In this document: positions 1-7,243 of the stretch, piece after piece | Numbering within the stretch: the stretch's first letter is position 1 | Layout of the letters: every line of letters begins with the position of its first letter | Translations under genes and position numbers: made by a program | NCBI GenBank assembly: GCA_016748015.1 | Contig: JAAOMT010000069.1 | Coordinates: 1-7,243 of the forward strand | Direction: 5' to 3' | DNA from: Geosiphon pyriformis uo1 | Lineage: Eukaryota; Fungi; Glomeromycota | Length of the DNA stretch: 7,243 nucleotides | The notes under the pieces: generated by a model | Seen by the model: only the letters and a program-made list of their open reading frames with translations | Databases searched by the model: none | What the model was told of the DNA's origin: nothing

Positions 1-1
1 C

Positions 2-48
2 GGGGAGTGGGGGGGGGCGAAGCAAAAAACTAGGGGACGGGTGGGGGG
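2..48 (+). repeat. G-tract cluster (G-quadruplex-type motif) at the left end
   Basis: G4 at 2-5, G9 at 9-17, G4 at 33-36, G3 at 39-41 and G6 at 43-48. Confidence 0.7.
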
Positions 49-306
49 AGGAGGACCCTACTAGCTTGTGGACAGATAGTCATATAGCTGACTCGCACAG
101 GGGGGGGGCTTGGCCCATAGGGCACCAGGGCACTAGCTCTCTATACAAAAGCCCTAATGCCGGGACCACCCCACCCCAACGGGCACCCAAACTCCTCAGA
201 TAGAGGGCCCCAAAAGACGGGTTGCCAAACCTCAAAACCACCAACCACCCACCAGTCCCCAAGACTGGACCCCAAGTACAAAAACCCCAAATAGGCCTGC
301 TTTGAC

Positions 307-329
307 GGGGAGGGGGGGATGGGTTGGGG
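307..329 (+). other. Compact G-quadruplex consensus motif
   Basis: GGGG-A-GGGGGGG-AT-GGG-TT-GGGG: four G tracts with 1-2 nt loops. The motif is seen directly; folding is only predicted. Confidence 0.65.
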
Positions 330-480
330 CCTTGTGCAAAAGGAGAAGATTAATGATCCATGGTCCAACTGGACCCCAGGTTGACCCCAATAAAAGGGGC
401 ATTTGGGGGATGGGTATTTGGCAGGGTGGTGTGGGGGCATACGCCCGGCGCCCATTCGGGGGGGGGGCTTGCCGATCCCA

Positions 481-2460
481 AGGGGAGTCCGATCCTACTC
501 TGTCCAGGGTTGGGGGGGGGTCAACAGTCTACCTACCATCATAGAGTAGGATGCTTGCAGGTCCCTTCACTACTGTATTAAACTGCAACTGACCCTGGCA
601 CAGTTAGAACTCTCCAGGATTGGCCACACCTGTCTGCAGGGTGAAGTAGGGGCTCCCAACAACATCCCCTTATAGATCCACAATGACTGGTTATAGGACA
701 GTCCACCTCAAGTATACCAACCCAATGCCTACTAATCCAAGATTCGAGAGCTTAACGTATAACCCATACCTTAGACCTCCCAGGGGGGTTCATGTGGTAT
801 ATATCTCACCACTACCACTAGCCATTAGCACCAACACCAATAATAGACCTTAGCCTAATCCCCCAACAAACTGATTGAGGATAAACCCCTGTAGCTAATA
901 AACACCACAATAGATGACAGGTACTGCGCCTTAAAACAAGTTGACTAACTGTGTATTCAATCAGGAGGTACTTCCTGCCCTTTTTACCCTCACCCTGTAA
1001 GGGGAGGTTCAACCATCAGTACACTCCCCATAATCGTTTAAGGGTATAGCCAGGGATAGGGGGTAGAGCCTCCCAAGACCGACCTGCATATAGTCCACAT
1101 CACCTGAGTAAACTGACCCTAAACTGCCTCCAAGGATACTGGATTTGTAGTTCACCTATTGGTAGGACTCTACAGTATCAACTTGGCTCTGGAGTACCTA
1201 CCCTGCTAGTAAGAACAAATATCCAGTACCAAGATAGTATGTAGTCCCCAAGTATTGTAGCCTCCTTACCCAACTACCCATTACTACCCTTATCATCCTG
1301 AGGGGGGGGTGATCAGGGACTACCCATCAAGTCCATAAACCGGCGGTTGGGGGGGGGTTAGTAAAAGCTAAATCCATATCTTAATCCTTAAATTATGACC
1401 AATCCTTGGCTATTACCCATTCATAAACACATAGGGGGGGGTCGATCAGTATATCCAAGGGGGTTGCATCAGTATAAACTACACAGAACCGTTAGGGTCA
1501 TTTCAACTATGGATCTAATAGTAACCCAGTGCATACAGGCTACTACCCAATACAAGGACTATCACCGCCCTTAAATATAATACACAAGCTACAAGGGGTA
1601 GTACTGCTATAAACCAGAGTTACTAACAGACTGCAAATGACGCCCAACTGACTGCCTTTATAGTACCTCCCAGTGTAAGGCACTTGTGCGGAGTGTGTGG
1701 CTCATGCTAAGGTACTGTAAACATCCTCCACTGAAATAATAAAGGTGGGTCAGGGTATGTACTGGTATACCCATTCACAATCAACTTCAAGGGTTCATTC
1801 CAAGTAAGGTGTAACTGCATGGTACAGTGTAGTGTTAAGCAATAGTCATTAGCACTGATCCTCATACCCATTGAACGGGGGAGTGTCCTTGAGTATGATA
1901 AATCCCTTACTCTCAAAACCACTCGTAGGCTTCTCGGCCCCTGAGGGGACCCTTTAGCTATTACCCTGGTTTTTGAGGCTTTACTCTATACATGAGTAGG
2001 ATCCTATCATTACCATAGGGGTAAGTTGAGGCTTCAAAGTAGGATTGGAGTTAAGCGAAATGTCATTGCTAAATACCCAACATCCATCTATTGCTCCCAC
2101 TTGTACTGGATGCTCTACAAATACAAGCACCCTTTCTAGACCCGGCTCTCCAGCTTCTTTAGGAGGATAGTTGACTGCTACCAATTCGTGCCATATTACT
2201 GCCCCTTTTGCTATCCACCCGGCCCCTTTAGTTTACCAAGTGGATAATTACACTGAAGACTGATTACCCTTCCGACATGCTATACCAATCCTTAGATATG
2301 CTTTCAACCTGGGATCTCTCATAAGATTCTTTGGATTGCTACATATACGGGCCTCTTGGTAATTAGCTCTATCCCCCTTTTAGGGATCCTTACTGTAGCT
2401 GTAGCGATGGGCTTTGCCATTGATTTGACAGGAGGAGAACTGCTTATTGGCTCTATACCC
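481..2460 (-). pseudogene. Putative fossil reading frame (about 660 codons, about 30 in-frame stops); product unknown and strand uncertain
   Basis: The frame of track ORF 1981..2184(-) reads on as protein-like text, e.g. GFESKGFIILKDTPPFNGYEDQC**LLLNTTLYHAVTPYLE*TLEVDCEWVYQYIP*PTF. A hand count over 541-1980 of A-after-G plus T-before-C (contexts that CpR deamination does not create) gives 35/60/35 by codon phase, i.e. 3-nt periodicity. Stop density alone is about random, and the in-register + frame also reads plausibly. Confidence 0.35.
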
Positions 2461-2562
2461 CTAGATATACAACATTTTTACCTGCAATTTTCTCCTTGCT
2501 ACACAAAAGATCCTTGCCCCCCCTTTTTTTACTATTTGCGATACCCTAGTTGGCAGACGGGG

Positions 2563-2601
2563 CCCCCCATAGACCCTGATCCCCCCCCCACCACCACCCC
2601 C
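2563..2601 (-). other. C-tract cluster (G-quadruplex motif on the minus strand)
   Basis: C6 at 2563-2568, C3 at 2574-2576, C9 at 2581-2589 and C5 at 2597-2601. Confidence 0.55.
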
Positions 2602-3103
2602 ATTACCCTGAGGGCATATTTAGTAGCCAATAGAGTAAGGACTTAGTTTGCTCCTTTGTAGTAGCTATATTTGGTATTCTCCCTTAAGCTATCCTTTTAA
2701 CGGGACCTTAGCTATGACAGTTGTTTTACTCTTCACTCTGCCCCTGCACCGGTATACTATATGCCCTCATACTGCTATTACACCTATGTGTATTTTGCGA
2801 CCATATACCCGCTAAATCGAGTAGAATACGACACATCCTTTGACTATCCTTTACGAGAGTTGATACCATACCCACACCCCCCTATCTGGGGCCCCTCCTG
2901 GAGGTACAAATTAGGCCCCAAACCCCACACTCAAGGCCCCGTCCCCATCAAGTATAAACGCCTACTTTTGATTGCTACCTTAGATATATGGGACCTTGTT
3001 TTTTTCAAACTGCTTACTGCCATCCTCTGGACCCTTATTACACAAGTCAGTAACCAATAGTACCTTTTCATAAAACCCCCCTACAACCAAACTGGTTTGG
3101 ACG

Positions 3104-4258
3104 CTTGTAAGGTACCACTTTTGACCCCTCCTGTTTGTATGGCGTTTAGTTTTGGGACCAGATGGACCCGCCTGCCCTATCAACCAGGTTACTCTCCCTG
3201 GGGCCATCATACATATCCCAACACACTACGACTCGTGGTAACCTTTACCCCCCCCCTTACCCCCTACTTTGGATACCCCCGCCCTTGGTTTTTGCCCTTG
3301 TAAGGTTGGATTGGTGGGTACATGATTTGGGCCTGTATTTAGACTAGTTTGTACCCGACTACCCCCTTGGGACCCTAGTATCTCATGACTTAAACAGAGG
3401 CTACCAATACTCTAACCTTCTTGATACGGTATTTTGGACCATACCTATTAAACTACCCTGTTGGGAGTATCCCCTGACCTTTGTGTGCCCTGTTGTTGGT
3501 TGAAATTGGTCGTAAAGTTTAGATTGGTGGTACAATTGGTACTACTACGGGATTTGGGACCCACTCCTACAACAACCCCCACTAAATAGTACCCCCAAAT
3601 ACAGGATACGTAAATGTACAAGTTCCAATATGAGTCCAGATAAGGCACCCTTTACCCACCCCCTATTTGTACTCCTGGCCCCCCAAGATCCCTCTTTTCC
3701 CCCCCCCTATGCACTCCTTGAGGACCATTCCCCATTGGCCCAATACAAGGACTACTGGACCAAACCTACTCTCCACCCCTCACCCCTCCCCATACCCCTG
3801 TTTTGGATACCCCAAAACCCACTGACCCCCCCAACAACACCTCCTTGGTTGGATACACCACCCCACCCCTCACAGGCCCATCCTAAACCTCCGCTTTTGA
3901 GCCGGGACCCCTTGACAACCACGGTACTCAATTAGAGCCAATCCCCACTGACCCTCCCTGCCCCAACCTGGGACTACTTTTTGCCATTAACCCTTACATT
4001 TTGTGGTACACTTGTGACCGTATACTTTACTTTGACTTACAAGTGGATTGGATTCAGTACCACCATGGCCCCCTTTGGACTCACAGGTACCATTACCCCT
4101 ATTACCCTCACTTTGGACTATCTGAACTCTCCTGACCCACACCCCGTCCCAGTTTTTTACGTCTTACCACTGTACCATTAGTTCTTACCCATAAACTTTA
4201 CTGGTTGTTATTGGTTATTTGGTGTAAATGCTATAAGACTTACCCTTAGTTTTGGGAC
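3104..4258 (+). repeat. Pyrimidine-rich region with dispersed short direct repeats
   Basis: TTAGTTTTGGGAC at 3146-3158 and 4246-4258; CCCCTRYTTTGGATACCCC at 3261-3279 and 3795-3813; CTTGTAAGGT at 3104-3113 and 3297-3306; CCACCCCTCAC at 3773-3783 and 3863-3873; CCCACTGACCC at 3818-3828 and 3944-3954; CTTTGGACT at 4073-4081 and 4111-4119. Confidence 0.6.
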
Positions 4259-5639
4259 GTGTCCGTACAAACCCAACCTGTACCTATGGTACGACTAGCG
4301 GCTGTATTTGCTCAAAGTATAAGGTTTGATCTTACATTGGTACCACCCAACACCCCTGGTACTCCTTGTTTGTACAGCCCATACCAACCACATCCACTCC
4401 GCGTAGGTAACATCCCCCTGCCCTAGTAGTGTGGATCTGGTAGGTAAAGAGTTTGCCATGTCTTGGACTGCCTCAGTTTAGGGCACTTATATAGTACCCC
4501 TCCACCCCCCCTGCCTGGAGCCACAGTACTAGTCTTACCTACTAGAACTACTCTATTGGGTAAGATTTGTATATTCAGTACCCTGTTTGGATTGACAACT
4601 CCTATGTGACTCCTTGGTACTCGATTGCCCAGGGACTCTACTTGTGCAATCCCCCTACAATGGAGTATGTACCCATGATGCCGCCCCAGTTTGTTTGATG
4701 TTGGTAGTAAGGGCTTGAATGAGTACTGCTCAATTAGATTGACTGGTCCTTGAAATCCTGCCAATGAGATCCCCTAAGTCTTATTATACTGGCCCCTGTC
4801 TCATCCCCAAATAAAGGTCCCTTTAATGGATGAGCGCTATCCTTATTAGGATGGTACAATACCTTTACCATACCCATGAATTAGACTTTGGATAATGAAC
4901 ATGACTCCCCCCCCGTCCACCCCCCCGACGGAGGCGGGGGGCCCTTCTGGGTACATCTTGGGTCCCAATGGGGCCTGTATCCTATGATACGACCCTTTCT
5001 GTACAGTCCCCCAGCAAGGGCCCTTGTTTGTACCCAAAACGCCATAATGTGCCTGAGTATGCCCCCCCCGTAGCACGTATGGATCCCTCCAGATATCGAT
5101 ACCCACCCCCCCGAACAGGACGTAGGCTAAACCTTTAAGGGACCCTGGACTTGGATACCCATCCCCCTGGTACACTGTAATCTTTACTTGCTGCAGTGAG
5201 GTAGTTGGTAGTATGGTTAATTCCCTGTGCCTCCCTGCTTCATGGGTGTCCAAGGTTCAGTGTTGGCTCCAGGTTATGTGCACTCTGATCCGTCCAACTG
5301 GAGTGCAGGACCTACAGCCTCTCCTTTAATAGAAGGTATTTACAGTCGGTTCTACCCCCCCGACTCCTGGGGGAGTTGGGATAGTAACAGCAGTATACAT
5401 ACTAAGCATCCTCATATTCTCATGGGAGACGACCCCTTTAATATTGAGATGTGCTATGGCTTTATTAGTTTAGCCCTTTAAAATGGATGTCAAAAGCCCC
5501 CTGCCCCATCAGGTCTGATGTTAACCCATTTTTGCCCAGTAAACATTACTGGTGTAATACGATGCACTGCGGGACCGGGGATTGGAATCTTTATGCTACC
5601 TCACTGGAGTCCCGTAGGCTGGGTCCCCAACATAAATGC

Positions 5640-6725
5640 CTATTCACATTACAAGGATAGTCCTTAACTTTATCCTCATATTAGCTAATGTACCATTAGT
5701 AACCCTTCAGGATTTGGACATACACTTAGGGTAGGTTAGGAGTCTTGTTGCCTACCATTGTGGGACTGTTATCCAGGCATATCAGGACTCGGTTTATATG
5801 ATTTGATTTCCCTAATCAATAATGGTAGCACAAAGTAGACTTATGCCTCTAATGACAGTTTATCCTTGTGAGTTAGTATAGCAGCTTGTACTCTAGTACT
5901 ACCTAAGTAAAAATCTGGTTCCAACAAGGGATAGGGTAGATCCTGAATTACATGAGGTGAGTAGTGTTACCTTACCCTGAATCCTTAACCTATACCACAA
6001 TATTACTTTATCACTGCTAACTCCTATCCCCAGTCCCTGACCCTAAGCTCTGACTCTAATGTAATCGATAGCCCCCCTGGTCTGGTTAGTATGCTTGTCG
6101 TGACTCATCTGTAGCCATCTTTAGGTAAATACCATGTGCAGGGCCATCCCTGGTACTCTTTACCTACATGACCAGTGATTACAATTACGTACTAAATGCA
6201 TGACTGACTAACTGAGGGTAATACTCGGTCACAATTGCTATGAGACTCAGAGATAGCTACTGCTAGCCACCATAGATTGTAAGGGTATGCCAAGGAAGCC
6301 CCTGGTATCGAGGGATACAAGCCTGCACTCCACTTCTCATCCTTGTTGTACTCACTCCTGCTAGAGCCTGTTAGTGTCAGGGAGGGACCTTTACATACAG
6401 GTAGAGCTCCTAGCAAGTACCATTACTTACCAATAATTAACCTATCTAAAAGGCAGTATTGTTGATCCTTTTATCAGTGGTGGAGTGTATTGGAAGTACA
6501 GGGGAGTTGTACGGTTACCTTGTTGATAAGACCATACATGCCAACATGCCCATAGTAGGATTTATCCTGAGCAAGTTTATCCAGCATGACAAGAGTCAAA
6601 GCAAGAGTAGCCACATCACTGGATTTACTGATGTAATGCCCTAAGCTGATAGTTACACTTTGATTTACCCTGCATTGTCTCCTCATTACAACCTTTAACT
6701 GTGTACGTATTTGCGGACTAATCAA
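5640..6725 (-). pseudogene. Possible fossil reading frame joining track ORFs 6474..6725 and 6192..6416; product unknown
   Basis: The two ORFs share one frame and are separated by only a few stops. The frame continues as LESELRVRDWG*ELAVIK...IQDLPYPLLEPDFYLGSTRVQAAILTHKDKLSLEA*VYFVLPLLIREIKSY. Periodicity by the same hand test is weak (about 32/38/31). Confidence 0.25.
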
Positions 6726-7080
6726 TCAAGTGCTGCCTCAAGGCATCATGCTAAAGGGCTATCCAACACAAGTGTAACAACTCCCCTGATGCAGGAGGTG
6801 ATGCGAGTATGAGCCATATAGGAGGGTACCACTAAATACTGTTAATGGAATGCCCCTCTGATCTCACTGAGGCCAGGTCTATCATACTGCCAGTGATGTT
6901 GGTTATCAGTACTTGTACCTCTGGTTGTGTAAGGGATCCTGGCTGGTCTACTATAGCCCACTGTAGGATTACACACTCAGCTGGTGTTGTATTATCCTGT
7001 GCGCAGGAGGGGAGCCTTTAGCTATCTAACTCTTCACTTGACTCCTTGATAAGTGGAATTGGAGATCCTGGCTAGGAGTG
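6616..7080 (-). pseudogene. Possible fossil reading frame upstream of, and in a different frame from, the 5640-6725 segment
   Basis: Reads PGSPIPLIKESSEELDS*RLPSCAQDNTTPAECVILQWAIVDQPGSLTQPEVQVLITNITGSMIDLASVRSEGHSINSI*W..., with a 61-codon stop-free run (7017-6835). All internal stops are TAA/TAG until the TGA at 6618-6616. No family was recognised. Confidence 0.25.
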
Positions 7081-7208
7081 GAATCTAGTATGTCAGACAG
7101 GTAAAGAGCGATATCGATCTACCATGATGAGCATTTACGTTATGAATATTATCACCAGTGTTGGTTAAGTAAAGTACATGCAATAGCCTCTCGGGTATAA
7201 GAGAGTAA

Positions 7209-7243
7209 GGGGGTTTGGGGGTGGGGGGGGGGTGGGGGGGGGG
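7209..7243 (+). repeat. G-tract cluster (G-quadruplex-type motif) at the right end
   Basis: G5-TTT-G5-T-G10-T-G10, running to the last base. Confidence 0.75.

Larger units (their letters stand above)
1..7243. other. CpG/CpA-hypermutated (RIP-like) degenerate eukaryotic sequence, probably a relic repeat or mobile element of unknown family
   Basis: Seen: about 21 CpG in 541-2400 and 14 in 5881-7200 by hand count. TpA exceeds ApT in three of four spot-checked 60-nt lines (9:5 at 1201, 9:5 at 1501, 8:2 at 5881, 4:6 at 6541; not an unbiased sample). GTA and TAC are abundant, C/G homopolymers are intact, and no ORF exceeds 135 aa. Inference: repeat or mobile-element origin. No terminal repeats or diagnostic domains were found. 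Confidence 0.6.

Noticed and set aside
80-581. Overlapping Gly/Pro-rich short ORFs at the left end
   Set aside because: They are explained by G/C homopolymer low complexity and show no coherent protein features.
1459-1482. VVYTDATP on the - strand, resembling the first RNase H aspartate motif (TDAS, or hepadnaviral FADATP)
   Set aside because: There is no following G.G motif, no downstream catalytic E/D pattern and no upstream YxDD in frame.
2006-2017. YGND (possibly ancestral YGDD) on the - strand
   Set aside because: It lies outside the periodic register, and upstream RdRp motifs A and B are absent.
2320-4230. Hydrophobic + strand ORF pieces (2356..2646, 2761..3060, 3981..4181) as membrane or mitochondrial proteins
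   Set aside because: No cox/cob/nad/atp signature was found even with TGA read as Trp; a pyrimidine-rich strand yields Leu/Phe/Pro/Thr-rich translations by composition.
3104-4258. CRISPR array or regular tandem repeat
   Set aside because: The repeats are short, mostly two-copy and irregularly spaced.
4531-4554. RVVLVGKT on the - strand, like the start of an AIG1-type GTPase P-loop
   Set aside because: The required GKS does not follow (STVAPG instead).
5425-5433. GDD (HILMGDDPF) on the + strand as RdRp motif C
   Set aside because: No convincing motif A or motif B at the expected spacing.
5611-5640. GIYVGDPAYG on the - strand, like the PIF/Harbinger transposase GD.AY motif
   Set aside because: The DGT, YSG.K and R..VE..FG motifs are not recoverable, and no terminal inverted repeats were seen.
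5904-5924. *VKIWFQ on the + strand, resembling homeodomain helix 3 (QVKIWFQN)
   Set aside because: It is followed by QG rather than the conserved N-R-R, and the upstream helices do not fit in spacing; likely chance.
1-7243. Terminal inverted repeats, LTRs or telomeric repeats
   Set aside because: The ends are both G-rich on the same strand, are not complementary, and have no fixed repeat unit.

Overview
I cannot identify any intact, recognisable gene, RNA gene, CRISPR array or bounded mobile element in this window. The short ORFs in the track look like fragments. The clearest signal is compositional. CpG is strongly depleted: a hand count gives about 21 in 541-2400, against roughly 80-90 expected from sampled base composition, and 14 in 5881-7200. 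TpA is not depleted, and long C and G runs are preserved. This fits eukaryotic repetitive DNA that has undergone C-to-T hypermutation at CpG and CpA on both strands (RIP-like, or methylation-driven deamination). Beneath this, remnants of long reading frames seem to persist at about 481-2460 and about 5640-7080; their TAA/TAG/TGA codons read plausibly as former CAA/CAG/CGA. A pyrimidine-skewed middle region (about 2460-4260) holds several short dispersed direct repeats, and G-tract clusters lie at both ends. The best interpretation is a decayed transposon-like or virus-like element of unknown family; the strand and identity of the fossil frames are unresolved.
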